DNA of 64,000 nt from an uncultured Poribacteria bacterium (GCA_958296135.2 CATQHZ020000001.1:1152001-1216000); one strand, 5' to 3'. Counted from the stretch's first letter, positions 39,611 to 49,650 are shown. A program made the numbers and translations. Notes: generated by a model not told the origin, from the letters alone.

Positions 39611-39641
39611 ATTTTTCCTTTGCGATTGCTTGTTAATTCGG

Positions 39642-42600
39642 TTAGGCGGCGGTTCGTGCTTTGCGTTCCGCCTTTGCCTTTTCAAGTTCTGCGGCTGCGT
39701 TGGGTAATTTGATGCCGCGCATTTGTAATGCTAGTTGCTGCGTTGCTAATGCTGCAGCGTCGTCGGCGTAGCCGTGCTTCTCGCCCTCTTCTGCCAAGTC
39801 CACCATGCTGTTTTTCGTTCCAGCGATGCTCGGTTCATCGGACAGCATTGTTCGCAGCGTTTGCATTGCATCGTGGACTGTGGTATCGGTAATCCCCAGC
39901 ACCTCTGTCAGCAGCCGTGCGTCTAGCACATGTCGCCACGCATCCCAACGGCATTCGCTGTATGGTAGCATCCGCGCGTTTTTCACATCGGCGAATACGC
40001 GTTCTGCTGCGTCAATCTGTTCGTCGGAGAGTTTCCGCACATCCAGTGTTGGTACGTTCAGCAACGGTGTCAGCGTTAACTTCCCACGTCCTGGTTGTTG
40101 CTTGCCCGCCATCGCCCAGTGAGACAGCAACCCGAGTGTGGAGTTTGTCCACAGCGTCCATACAGTATCGCCCCGTGTATCATGGAGTGCAATATTTGTG
40201 ATAGACGCAACACCGATGGATGGTTTGTCTGTCCATGGTGCCAATATAGAATTGGCTGGATAGCCCGGTAAAAGATGGTAATGCGTGCGTCTGCTCCTTT
40301 TCAAAATTCGCTGCGCCTTTTCTTCATTACCTGTCCGAATTTTGAATTTGGCATCAGGCTGCGTAACTATTGCTCGCTGAGTCTCGCACTGCACTTGCCA
40401 AAGGCCATCATATCCCTCAACGTCTATATTCTTGTAGGGATCGAATGCGCCGCGCATGCCATCCTTCTCCTTCTTGTCCTTGATATCTGCGGTGTGAAAA
40501 CCAGTTAGACCGATGTCGCCAATTTTGCAAATCGGGATTTCAACGTTTTCTTGCGTCATCGGCAAATGTAACTCGCCAGAAATCAGCCGATGTGTCGTTT
40601 GGAGTAACGACATCGATTGCAGACGTGTCGCGCTCCAAGCTTCATCGTTGATGGGACAATCCATGAATTGCCCGATGATTTCCTCGCCAACGTAAATCGG
40701 TTCCCCGCCAGTGGGGGTATCTTCCTGTTTCCGTACCGCTCTGCACCTCAGGATTCGGTTCGCGACCTCGCTAGCGTCCAACAGGCTCTGTGGCCGCTCC
40801 TTCAGGCAGACAAACGTTGCCCGTCCGGTGTTTTCTCCAACGCCTTTATCAGCGATTACCATGCATTCTGCCATGCTAGTGTCAGCCGAGAATGCGCTGT
40901 TGTAACCGCTATACTGCGCTATAGTTACCACTTTCACGTTGTGGTAAGCCTCCGCCCACATTTTACGAACCTTACGAAATGTTGCGCCTGTAAAAATTGT
41001 TGCAGGCAGAATCATTGCCATGCGCCCGCCATCCCTCAGTTTCCGATGCGCTAACTCCACAAAATAGGAAAATGCGGCTGTCCCATTAGAGACGGTAGTT
41101 TCCTTTTTCGCAAGTTCCTTAAGCATGGCCTTCCGGTCGGCAGCTTGGCGGAATGCGGATGCAAAAACCAGTTTCTGCTTCTTGGAATTATTGTCTGCGC
41201 CATTCGTTAGGTACGGAGGATTCATAATGACGATGTCCATCTCGCCGTGAGGGAACGCCCGTTTCAGTTCAGCCGTTGCGATTTCGTCACCGCCCGCTTG
41301 CTTGCCTTCCGCCTCCATTTCGTCAAACAGCAGTTGGTTGTCCAGCAGCTCCAGAGAACCCGTTTTGAAGCCCCCCGAGGTCTTGCCACAAGGTGCGGTG
41401 ATAACCCGCGTTGCGCCGAGTGTCACCGCGGGTTGCGCGCTCGCCATCGCCGAGAACGTCAGGTGTGTGCAGTGAGAGAAGATGTCGCAGCCCGCCAGAT
41501 TGTTCTCTAGCATGTAGCGGTGGATACCGATGCTGCTCTCGCCTTTCTGTTCTTCCCACAGTTGCTGGATGCGTTTGTAAACGCCGTTCAGCAAAGCCCC
41601 GGTTCCACAGGCGTAGTCGGCAACTTTCGGCAGTGTCTCAAGTGTTGCGTTTTCAGGTAGGCTTGGACATGCGAGTGCCGATATTAACGTTGCGCTTTCT
41701 GGCAAGGTGTAGTTCGCCTTCACCTCTTTCCTGTCGACGAGTAGCGTCTGAAATACCTCTCCCGCCAACTCGTGGATTTGTGGTAGATGGGACTTAATCA
41801 GTTCGCAGGCGGCATTGCACAGTTGCTGCAACACTGTCTCGGCTTTTTCTTCATCGTAGCAGAGTGCGGCATCCAGCATTCGGCGTGCATCGTTGAAGAT
41901 GGGATGGTAGTTCACTTTAAGGATGGCATTCCAGTCGCGCGCCACCTCCGCCAAATCGATGCCGTTCGTCTTGTAGTAGGCAGGCGGCCGCACCGTTTCC
42001 ATCTGCGGTTTTCCTGCGAGAGAATTTTGAAAGACGAATGCGTCCGTGATGATTAAGCATCCGACTCGTGCCATCTGCTCGCCATACTCGCCGCATTCCC
42101 CGCCCAAAATCTCATTCAATCCAGCGGCGACAGCCGGCCGCTCGGTAGCAACTTTGTGTAGTTCACTTGCTGCGTCCTTCACCGCGTTGCCCATCTGTCC
42201 AGCGGCGTTTTGGATGCGCGCGCTCGGCACTGCGCCGAACCGAATGGCGTTAGCGATGTCACTCAGCGTCCCACAAGCAAAGCCCTCTTGAGGAAATCGG
42301 TAATCCGCCCCTTTTGACAATCCGACGAGCACATACTCGATGTCATCAGCGGCCTTTACAGCTTCAAGGAGTTTCCAGCGTCTTAACGGTTTGAAGGTTT
42401 CGGGGTAGCGAACCATCATCACCGTTGTTAACGCCGCGCTCTTTCCGCGGAAATCGGTAGTCAGCGTTTGCCCCCTGTATTTGGCGCAGACCTCCTTGAG
42501 ATTTGCCTCACCCTGATTTGTGGCCCCTTGCCACTTGGCATCGATGGCCACGGTCTCGTGTCCTAAGCGTGTCACCACGATGTCGGGATGCTTCGCGCTT

Positions 42601-42710
42601 CCGTCCAGGACGTTTTCTTGTTCTTCGATTTCCCAGCCAGCGGTACGTGGTAAAACAGCACCTAGCACATCCACAGTCAGACTCGTGACCACGTTCTCTT
42701 TCTTTTTCAC
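39642..42710 (-). CDS. Type IIG-like fused restriction endonuclease / N6-adenine methyltransferase
   Basis: N-terminal HPDIVV...IDAK nuclease; VADYACGTG (motif I) precedes IMNPPY (motif IV), i.e. gamma class; C-terminal TRD-like region; GGAG SD before GTG. Confidence 0.8.
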   Translation of the reverse strand: MKKKENVVTSLTVDVLGAVLPRTAGWEIEEQENVLDGSAKHPDIVVTRLGHETVAIDAKWQGATNQGEANLKEVCAKYRGQTLTTDFRGKSAALTTVMMVRYPETFKPLRRWKLLEAVKAADDIEYVLVGLSKGADYRFPQEGFACGTLSDIANAIRFGAVPSARIQNAAGQMGNAVKDAASELHKVATERPAVAAGLNEILGGECGEYGEQMARVGCLIITDAFVFQNSLAGKPQMETVRPPAYYKTNGIDLAEVARDWNAILKVNYHPIFNDARRMLDAALCYDEEKAETVLQQLCNAACELIKSHLPQIHELAGEVFQTLLVDRKEVKANYTLPESATLISALACPSLPENATLETLPKVADYACGTGALLNGVYKRIQQLWEEQKGESSIGIHRYMLENNLAGCDIFSHCTHLTFSAMASAQPAVTLGATRVITAPCGKTSGGFKTGSLELLDNQLLFDEMEAEGKQAGGDEIATAELKRAFPHGEMDIVIMNPPYLTNGADNNSKKQKLVFASAFRQAADRKAMLKELAKKETTVSNGTAAFSYFVELAHRKLRDGGRMAMILPATIFTGATFRKVRKMWAEAYHNVKVVTIAQYSGYNSAFSADTSMAECMVIADKGVGENTGRATFVCLKERPQSLLDASEVANRILRCRAVRKQEDTPTGGEPIYVGEEIIGQFMDCPINDEAWSATRLQSMSLLQTTHRLISGELHLPMTQENVEIPICKIGDIGLTGFHTADIKDKKEKDGMRGAFDPYKNIDVEGYDGLWQVQCETQRAIVTQPDAKFKIRTGNEEKAQRILKRSRRTHYHLLPGYPANSILAPWTDKPSIGVASITNIALHDTRGDTVWTLWTNSTLGLLSHWAMAGKQQPGRGKLTLTPLLNVPTLDVRKLSDEQIDAAERVFADVKNARMLPYSECRWDAWRHVLDARLLTEVLGITDTTVHDAMQTLRTMLSDEPSIAGTKNSMVDLAEEGEKHGYADDAAALATQQLALQMRGIKLPNAAAELEKAKAERKARTAA

Positions 42711-42789
42711 GTTGCTAATCTCCAGTTCTTTTGCTGTTTTCGGGTTCGCGGGTGCGAACTAGGACAGTGGTGTTTTCGTCTTCGGTGCT

Positions 42790-43737
42790 TTATTGCGTGC
42801 TGTCTTCTGCGTAACATTCCTCAAGATATTCATCGGAAACGGTTCCGACGCCATCCTGTGTGACGGTTTTCACAGTTGGGAAGATCTGTGCTTTTGCGTT
42901 ATAGCCGCTCGTTGCTGCGTCGTATTCGCTTGCGGTATCGAGGAGCCGCAAAATGGTGATAGTTGCCTGCCGTTCGTCCATTGCTTCTAGGCGCGTTTCG
43001 CCCCATCGGTTGAGGTACCGTAACACGCCACGGATCCAGATGGAGCCGGAGCCAGTCGTGGCGAAATCGACGTTCTCAAAGTGTGCGCCGAGGGCATCGT
43101 AGAAGAAGATTTTTCCGCCGTTTTCTGTTGAACGTTCGTGAGTGACAGGCTCTGGTGCTGCGGCGGTTGTGGCGTTATTCTTCGTATCGTAAATGGCGAA
43201 GATTGGGATGACACCGCCGATGCCTTGGAGTGCCATCGCGAGGTTATCCCGGATGAGGCGCGAGAGCATCCGCAGTTTTCCCTCTAGGCTCAGCTCTTGT
43301 AGTTGGCTGCGGCGGAAGTATTGGAACGAATGCTCCAATATCCGCGCTATCTCGTACGCAATAGCGGGCGAACCCGAGATAGCGAGGACAGAGTGCCGGT
43401 CGATCTGGAGGACTTTCTCCGCCTTGTCATAGATGACAGAGGTGCCTGCGGTTGCGCGCCGGTCGCCTGCAATCATCACGCCGTTGCGGTAGCGCACGGC
43501 GATGACTGTGGTGCTGTGCGCTATCTCAATATCGTGAGGGACAGGTCCTCGTGCGCCGGTATCGCGCGGTGTAAGCGCGCTCCCGGTCTCGATGCCGGCG
43601 TGTTTCAAGAGGCTGAGAAAGTCGCCTTTGTGGTTAGTCTCCCCGGGTAGGAGCGCGCTTCGTGCACTTAGTGTTGAGGGTTCGCGGGGGACGGGCCCCC
43701 GCGCTACAGCAAGGTGCTCGAATTCCTCGTGGTTCAT
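42790..43737 (-). CDS. prcB: 20S proteasome subunit beta with a long propeptide
   Basis: AHS|TTVIAVRY..GV.IAGDRRAT, LSLEGK and TGSGS motifs. Confidence 0.92.
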   Translation of the reverse strand: MNHEEFEHLAVARGPVPREPSTLSARSALLPGETNHKGDFLSLLKHAGIETGSALTPRDTGARGPVPHDIEIAHSTTVIAVRYRNGVMIAGDRRATAGTSVIYDKAEKVLQIDRHSVLAISGSPAIAYEIARILEHSFQYFRRSQLQELSLEGKLRMLSRLIRDNLAMALQGIGGVIPIFAIYDTKNNATTAAAPEPVTHERSTENGGKIFFYDALGAHFENVDFATTGSGSIWIRGVLRYLNRWGETRLEAMDERQATITILRLLDTASEYDAATSGYNAKAQIFPTVKTVTQDGVGTVSDEYLEECYAEDSTQ

Positions 43738-43748
43738 GGGTTGCACCT

Positions 43749-43949
43749 CTATTCTCCGGTTCGCTGACGGTATCGGCGCGACTGGTCCTTGTCGACACGG
43801 CGCATCCGCTTGAGCAGTTCCTGCGTATCGGGCCGGTTGACGTTCTGGCGTTTGGGGCCACCGTTATCGCCGTCGCCATCGCCGGGGCCGATCGGTTTGG
43901 TGTCTCGCTGCTTGCGTTCTAGTTGCGTAATCGTAGGGTTCCGTTCCAT
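43749..43949 (-). CDS. ubact: UBact ubiquitin-like (Pup-analogous) modifier, 66 aa
   Basis: Disordered small protein between dop and prcB ending LLKRMRRVD...RRYRQRTGE (UBact R[S/T]G[E/Q], not Pup GG[E/Q]); AAGGA SD. Confidence 0.9.
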   Translation of the reverse strand: MERNPTITQLERKQRDTKPIGPGDGDGDNGGPKRQNVNRPDTQELLKRMRRVDKDQSRRYRQRTGE

Positions 43950-44147
43950 TTTTTTGTAGTTCCTTTCGGTTAACAAGCTCCCTCTTAGCAGGGAACCGTT
44001 GTGTTGGTGAATCTGTCATCGACGTTGTCGATTTCTGCGTTTCTGGGCTAATTCTTCTCATTCATGGGGTTCAGACACCGCAGTCTATAGAGCCTAGCGT
44101 GGCGAGGGACAGGTTCCCCTCGCCCTACGGCGGGCAGACTGCATTTG

Positions 44148-45686
44148 TTACAGTTCCAATTTTTTAATCAACGTTTCCACGTTCGGCGATTCGTCAAGTG
44201 CCTTGTTATATTGCTTGGCGATTTCGGCATCAGCGAGTGCGTCCATGTCAACCGAGACGGGGCGGCCGTTCACCCGAAAGGTGATGCTGTCCCACTGGAT
44301 TGCTTTGATGTCTTGACTGAACCGATTGACAGCGTTGCCTCGGAAATAGGCCCGCGTTCCTGCTGGTGGTGCGTGGATGGCTGCGTCGATCTGTTCGTCA
44401 GTTACGACGCGCCGCATCGGGAGTCCATAGAAGAGTCCTTCGTCTTGATGGATGTTGTGGTATTCCAGATCGAGGCTCTGCAGCCACGGGTCATCCCATT
44501 CAAGTCGTTCTTCTTGGGCAAAGGTTTCAAGGAGCCATTTCTTTGCTACCCAATCGAGCCGGTCGGTGAGCGACATCGGGTCCTTCTCCAATGTGTTCAA
44601 CGTATCTTCCCATTCTGTCAGCACCCAGTCAATCTCGAAAGGGGTTGCTATTTTGCTATGGCCGGCCCCGCGCGTTGCGGTATCCTGTGCAAAATGTTTC
44701 TGCGCGAGGGCGAGATATTCACGCTGATGGTCTGGCGCGGACATCGTTTTTCCTTCCGCCGTTGTGACGAGCCACCGATATCCCTGGTCGTGCGAGATAG
44801 TTTTGATGGTGTCAATCGGGTTTGCGAGTGCCAATCTCCTTGGTATTTTGCGTGCTTCAATCAGCGCGATGACGAGTGCGGTTGTGCCGACCTTCAACGC
44901 GGTCGCGTATTCAGACATGTTTGCGTCGCCGACAATTCCGTGCAGTCTTCGATATTTCTTAGCATCGGCGTGCGGTTCATCTCGCGTATTGAAGATGGGG
45001 CGTTGATGCATCGTGTCGACACTTGCTTCGACGTGAAAGAAATCGGAACGCTGTGCGAGCTGAAAATGCCCGGGTGTTGCGAGTCCGGCTTCGGTTTCGA
45101 TGCCGAGTTTGCCTGCGCCGGCGAAAATCTGCCGTGTGACGAAGAAGGGCAGGATGCTCTCCTTGAGGTATTCAAACGGGACTTCCCGTGCCATGAGGTA
45201 GTTATCGTGGCATCCGTAGCTATGCCCTTGGAAATCGGTATTATTTTTAAATAGGAGCACGCGCTTGCCGAGGTGTTCGCTGCGTGTTTCGGCGCACCGC
45301 TGTACGATGCGTTCTCCCGCTTTATCGTGCGCGACCAGGTCGAACAGGCTGCAGCACTCCGGTGTGGCATACTCCGGGTGCGCGTGGTCATTGTAGAGTC
45401 GTGCGCCGTTGCCGAGTATCCGGTCGCTCTTGATTTCGGCGAAGGAGAAGTTGTGGCGCCGGTCGCGTTTCTCTTCTTCCTTTTCATCGGGATGATTGGA
45501 GAGGGTTTTCGCGCGGAAGCCGCGTTCATCACGAAAGGGGTCTTCGCCGCGGTAGTCCCACATCGGCTGAAAGTCCTCCTTGCGATAGCTCTTAATCAAC
45601 TCAATGGATTCCTTGACGGCATCGATGTGCGCTTCGTTTTCAAGGGTGATGCCGTATTCCGTTTCGATGCCAAAAAGTCTTTGCAT
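44148..45686 (-). CDS. dop: Depupylase/deamidase Dop (PafA2 family)
   Basis: LFGIETEYG, WDY.GEDP.RD.RGF, NGARLYNDHAHPEY, SYGCHDNYL and RRLH.IVGDANMSE motifs. Confidence 0.9.
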   Translation of the reverse strand: MQRLFGIETEYGITLENEAHIDAVKESIELIKSYRKEDFQPMWDYRGEDPFRDERGFRAKTLSNHPDEKEEEKRDRRHNFSFAEIKSDRILGNGARLYNDHAHPEYATPECCSLFDLVAHDKAGERIVQRCAETRSEHLGKRVLLFKNNTDFQGHSYGCHDNYLMAREVPFEYLKESILPFFVTRQIFAGAGKLGIETEAGLATPGHFQLAQRSDFFHVEASVDTMHQRPIFNTRDEPHADAKKYRRLHGIVGDANMSEYATALKVGTTALVIALIEARKIPRRLALANPIDTIKTISHDQGYRWLVTTAEGKTMSAPDHQREYLALAQKHFAQDTATRGAGHSKIATPFEIDWVLTEWEDTLNTLEKDPMSLTDRLDWVAKKWLLETFAQEERLEWDDPWLQSLDLEYHNIHQDEGLFYGLPMRRVVTDEQIDAAIHAPPAGTRAYFRGNAVNRFSQDIKAIQWDSITFRVNGRPVSVDMDALADAEIAKQYNKALDESPNVETLIKKLEL

Positions 45687-45783
45687 GGGTTTTGAGTTCC
45701 TCTGTGCGCCTCCTCATGTTGAACGCCCGCGGGGGACAGGTTCTCGCGCTCTGGTATGAGCAATAATCTTGGGAAGAGTGCCG

Positions 45784-47577
45784 CTAAATGACGCGGTTTG
45801 ATACCTTCCGCCGTTCCCGTTTCTCGGTTTTGATAGGCGTAACCTTCACCACATTCGCCGGATCATAGTCAAGTAGTTTGAGCCAGTCTTCCGTTGCTTC
45901 TGTGGGCGGGAAGATTTCGCTTTCGCTGTATTCGGCGTTGAGTGCGTCGAGCAAGTCTGCGCGCGTGATGCCGGCTTCTCGCTCCGGTTCCCGAATTGCC
46001 CGCTTTAGCGCGTACTCTTTTGCGCGTTGCACAATGGACTCGATGATGGCCCCGCTGCAGAGGTGTCCGCGATAGAGAATATCGCGTCTCCCGCTGCGGA
46101 GCGAGACTTCTAGGAATCGGTTATCATCGTCCTCCCGGAACATTTCATCAACCACCTGTCCAATCAGGTCAGTGATGAGTTTCTCTGTGCCGTAGTCTTC
46201 TTCATTTTCTGCCAGTTCGCCTTTCGTCGCGGGTTCTGAGACGAGCGGCAGTTCTGGGGTGAGGTAGATACGGAAAATATCCTTCGCTGCTTCTGCGTTT
46301 GGGCGCGTCACCTTGATTTTTCTATCAATGCGGCCGGGACGCAGAATCGCGGGGTCGACCAGGTCTGGCCGGTTTGTTGCGAGGATAATAACGACATCGT
46401 GGAGCGATTCAATGCCGTCCATCTCTGCGCAGAACATCGGCACCAGCGTATTCGATATGCTGTGTGAGCGTAGGGCGCGGCGGGTGCCTAGAATCGATTC
46501 TGCCTCGTCAATGAAGACAAAGGCGAGTTTTCCTTCTTCGCGTTTCTCGCGGGCGATTTGGAAGATTTCCCTGACTTTCCGTTCGGATTCGCCGAGCCAC
46601 ATGTTGAGGATTTCCGGTCCCTTAATGTGTAGGAAACATCCCTCCACGTCCTCCCCGGTTTCGCTGCGAAGTTGTTCGGTGAGGTTATGCGCGGTTGCCT
46701 TTCCGATGAGCGTCTTCCCGCATCCTGGCGGTCCGTGTAGGAGGAATCCCTTCGGTGCGCTGTATTGGAATTGCTCGAAGAGTTTCGGGTGAAGGATTGG
46801 CAGTTCGATGGTATCCTTGATGAGTTGGATAGTCTGGTCTAGTCCCCCCACCTTCGACCAGGGGATGTCGGGCACCTTTTCAAGAGCGTAATGGTCTGCC
46901 TCTTTCGTGACTATCTGCTCAATTGCGATGCGAAAGTTAGAGTCAATGCGAATTTCGTCGCCCGGCTTCAAGTTGGCCTTGGCGAGTGTTGCGCTGCGTT
47001 CAAGGATGATGGATTGCGCGTTCGGTTCGCCGCCGACCCGGAGTCTGCTGTCGGGCAGTATGTCGGCGATTTTGACGATGGGTCCAGCGTCGCTATATCC
47101 GAGTTCTCCGACGACGACAAAAGCATCGTTCAGCAGCACGCTGTATCCCTTTTCGAGGGCTGCTGGGTTGAGTTCGGGTGCGAGGTTAGCGTAGTATTCG
47201 GATCCGCCGACGATGACGCGGGCGATGTCGTCCTTGTGCAGTCCGAGCAGTGTCCCGATTCGATTTGCTGGGGAAGTGAGTTGCTCGATCTGTTCTTCCA
47301 TCTCGGCATGGATGCGTAGTGCTTCGCGCTGGATGGCTTGCATCCGTTCTTGGAATTCACCCTCATCGCTGAGGATAGAGCGGCGGAGTTCTAGTAGCCA
47401 TCTTCGTCGCCGGTCTTCCACGGGTGTTTCGGAGATGATATGGTGAATGAGCTGCAAGGAATAGCCGGAGCTGCGTTCTTCGTCTTCGGCTTCAAATTCC
47501 TCATCCATCTCGTCTTCAATAAACAGGTCTGGCTCGTTTGTGCGTGCGCCAGGATGTCCACGTTTTTTATCGTACAT
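45784..47577 (-). CDS. arc: Proteasome-associated AAA+ ATPase ARC/Mpa
   Basis: Coiled coil plus OB region; GPPGCGKT, IKGPEILN, FIDEAES and ILRPGRID motifs. Confidence 0.92.
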   Translation of the reverse strand: MYDKKRGHPGARTNEPDLFIEDEMDEEFEAEDEERSSGYSLQLIHHIISETPVEDRRRRWLLELRRSILSDEGEFQERMQAIQREALRIHAEMEEQIEQLTSPANRIGTLLGLHKDDIARVIVGGSEYYANLAPELNPAALEKGYSVLLNDAFVVVGELGYSDAGPIVKIADILPDSRLRVGGEPNAQSIILERSATLAKANLKPGDEIRIDSNFRIAIEQIVTKEADHYALEKVPDIPWSKVGGLDQTIQLIKDTIELPILHPKLFEQFQYSAPKGFLLHGPPGCGKTLIGKATAHNLTEQLRSETGEDVEGCFLHIKGPEILNMWLGESERKVREIFQIAREKREEGKLAFVFIDEAESILGTRRALRSHSISNTLVPMFCAEMDGIESLHDVVIILATNRPDLVDPAILRPGRIDRKIKVTRPNAEAAKDIFRIYLTPELPLVSEPATKGELAENEEDYGTEKLITDLIGQVVDEMFREDDDNRFLEVSLRSGRRDILYRGHLCSGAIIESIVQRAKEYALKRAIREPEREAGITRADLLDALNAEYSESEIFPPTEATEDWLKLLDYDPANVVKVTPIKTEKRERRKVSNRVI

Positions 47578-47888
47578 CTGTTTGAACGTCTCCTCAGGCG
47601 GAAGGGGATGACTTTACGAAATACATTTTACCCTATTTCGGAATAATTTGCAAATTTTTTTTGCGATGTGCATAAAAAGTTGCTAAAAACCGAGTTGGCA
47701 GTGGCGATTTGCATTAGTATAGCATAAATTAGAAAATAGCTGCAAGAAAAAAGTGATTGGCCCCTTTTTTGAGCGGACTGAAATAACCGTTTTCTGCGAG
47801 AAGGGCTCGGTTAATCTGTGCAGAGCTTCGGCACAGCGGTAAGTTCCCGGTCTAATTCGCGCACTGTGTTCGTTACAAACTTCACGGC

Positions 47889-49613
47889 TTAAGTGCCATA
47901 TTCTGCCGATTCCTCCGATAAATCTGACGGCCGCTCCTGCAAGACCGGCACGACATAACTCCGGATCTGCAATCCGTCTATCGTCTCTGTCTCTACGCGG
48001 GGTTCTGGATTTTTGCGCCTGTCAAACACGACATAGTAGCCTTCCGAAACGCCCTCCGATTTGAGATAGGCAGCAAGCTGCTGTTTGCCGCCCTCATACC
48101 GCCGCTCGCTGTTCCATACCTTGATTTCGACGACATACTTGCGTCCATTGTGGAACACCACCAGATCCATCCGGCCCCGTCCCGTTGGCAGCTCCAAGTA
48201 CATGTCCCCGCGCACTGCCTGCACAAATGCATCCAGGTACGTGGCAAGGAGATGCTGCCCAACGGATTCCTTTGGAATGCCCGGTACTTGCAGAATCCGA
48301 AACCCAATGCGTGCGATGAAAGCGCGGAAGTTATCCAGCAGCGATGTCATGTCAATCTGTCCATCGGCGGTGAGGTAATCCGCGAATTCTGCACCGGTTC
48401 TTTCGGGGAAGTAGTCGTTCTCTAACCCGTTGGTAGCCGGTTGGAACGCTTGCATGACGCGGTACTGATAAATCGGGTTGACAATCTCACACCACCTGTC
48501 GGGTCCTTTCGTGATGACACCGGCTGTGGCAAGTTCGCGCATGAGTTCATTGTCGGGGTTGAAAAGGATGCCTTTCTCCGAGGTGGCGATTTCCATGAGG
48601 AGGCTTTCAAACCGTGCGTCTCGGCGAATATTGGTAGTCAGATGTTCTATGTTGACGTTAACTTCCTCAAGGATGCCGGTGTGTGCCTTCGCGAAGTGCG
48701 CGAGGGTGATGGGCACGTCTTTCGGGATGTCCATCTCCGCGGTGAGTATCTGCGCGAGGCGGTTGACGAGGAACGGCTGTCCGCCGGTCTGCCGGTGCAG
48801 TGCCTCAATCACCTCAGCGGCGAACGCCTGTCCCACTTCGTCGGTATACTGTCCAAGGAGTTCTGCCACCTGCGTCAATGTGAAGTTCTGCAACGTAAAC
48901 TCATCTTGGATATTAAACGGGGAGATAGTCCTGTCATAGTTGAGCTGCTTGATGCTCTTAACGCCGATGATGCCGACGCTGTGGATACATCGCTCTCCTC
49001 TCGTGAGGTAAATGCGGCGGAGGGTATGAAGGAACCCCTTCGCGGCGGCGTGAGGGATACCATCAAACTCGTCGATGATGAGCACGACCCGGGGAGCGCG
49101 CGGTGGGGCTGCAGCTTTACCCTGTATCGCCCCGAATTCCGTAGGGCGCGGGCCTGTCCCTCGCGGTGGGGCATCTGTTCCCTGCTGGCTGAGCAGAGGT
49201 GTCAGCTGTCCAAAGAATCTTCCCATTGAGAGATGGTTGGTTATTTTCGCCTGGGTTAAGAATTCGCTTAACTCTGCAGTGGGTTCTAAGCCGCGCTTTT
49301 GGAAGACGTTTGCAATTTCCACGCGAATATCTGGGTAAAGGTCTTCGTAAAAATCGGCAGGTTCCACGTCTTCATATACCTCAAAATTGAGTTGAATTGG
49401 GAAGTAGTCGGGCTCTTCGGCCATGAGCGCGTCGAGCGCGTTTTGGAAGAACGTGGTCTTTCCAGTTTGGCGCGGCGCGAAGAGGACGATATAACGTCCC
49501 TCTTTTACGCGGTTGATAAAATCGGTGAGTTCCTCCGTGCGCGAGACAACATAATGGTCGGTCGGATTCACGGGCCCGCGGGTGCCAAACGTTTTTCGAT
49601 GTCGGTTTTCCAT
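47889..49613 (-). CDS. AAA-like (AAA_35-type) ATPase with a C-terminal PD-(D/E)xK nuclease-like domain
   Basis: APRQTGKTT, IIDEFD, SPFNI, TGGQPFLV and GRGRMDL...VVEIK...QL..Y motifs. Confidence 0.85.
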   Translation of the reverse strand: MENRHRKTFGTRGPVNPTDHYVVSRTEELTDFINRVKEGRYIVLFAPRQTGKTTFFQNALDALMAEEPDYFPIQLNFEVYEDVEPADFYEDLYPDIRVEIANVFQKRGLEPTAELSEFLTQAKITNHLSMGRFFGQLTPLLSQQGTDAPPRGTGPRPTEFGAIQGKAAAPPRAPRVVLIIDEFDGIPHAAAKGFLHTLRRIYLTRGERCIHSVGIIGVKSIKQLNYDRTISPFNIQDEFTLQNFTLTQVAELLGQYTDEVGQAFAAEVIEALHRQTGGQPFLVNRLAQILTAEMDIPKDVPITLAHFAKAHTGILEEVNVNIEHLTTNIRRDARFESLLMEIATSEKGILFNPDNELMRELATAGVITKGPDRWCEIVNPIYQYRVMQAFQPATNGLENDYFPERTGAEFADYLTADGQIDMTSLLDNFRAFIARIGFRILQVPGIPKESVGQHLLATYLDAFVQAVRGDMYLELPTGRGRMDLVVFHNGRKYVVEIKVWNSERRYEGGKQQLAAYLKSEGVSEGYYVVFDRRKNPEPRVETETIDGLQIRSYVVPVLQERPSDLSEESAEYGT

Positions 49614-49650
49614 GGTGCGTTTTTCCTTAATCGTTGGATTTCATATCTTT

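Noticed and set aside
39642-42710. IS, integron or prophage origin of the R-M insert
   Set aside because: No transposase, integrase, attC-like site or target-site duplication visible.
43749-43949. Actinobacterial Pup
   Set aside because: It ends RTGE with the LLKRM..VD...RYRQR signature of UBact, not GG[E/Q].
43864-44061. Extra small gene between dop and ubact
   Set aside because: It overlaps ubact out of frame and has no convincing SD or motif.
44145-45254. Long antisense ORFs (369 aa opposite dop; others opposite groL, hsdR and the S8 gene)
   Set aside because: Shadow frames of well-supported genes in GC-rich DNA.
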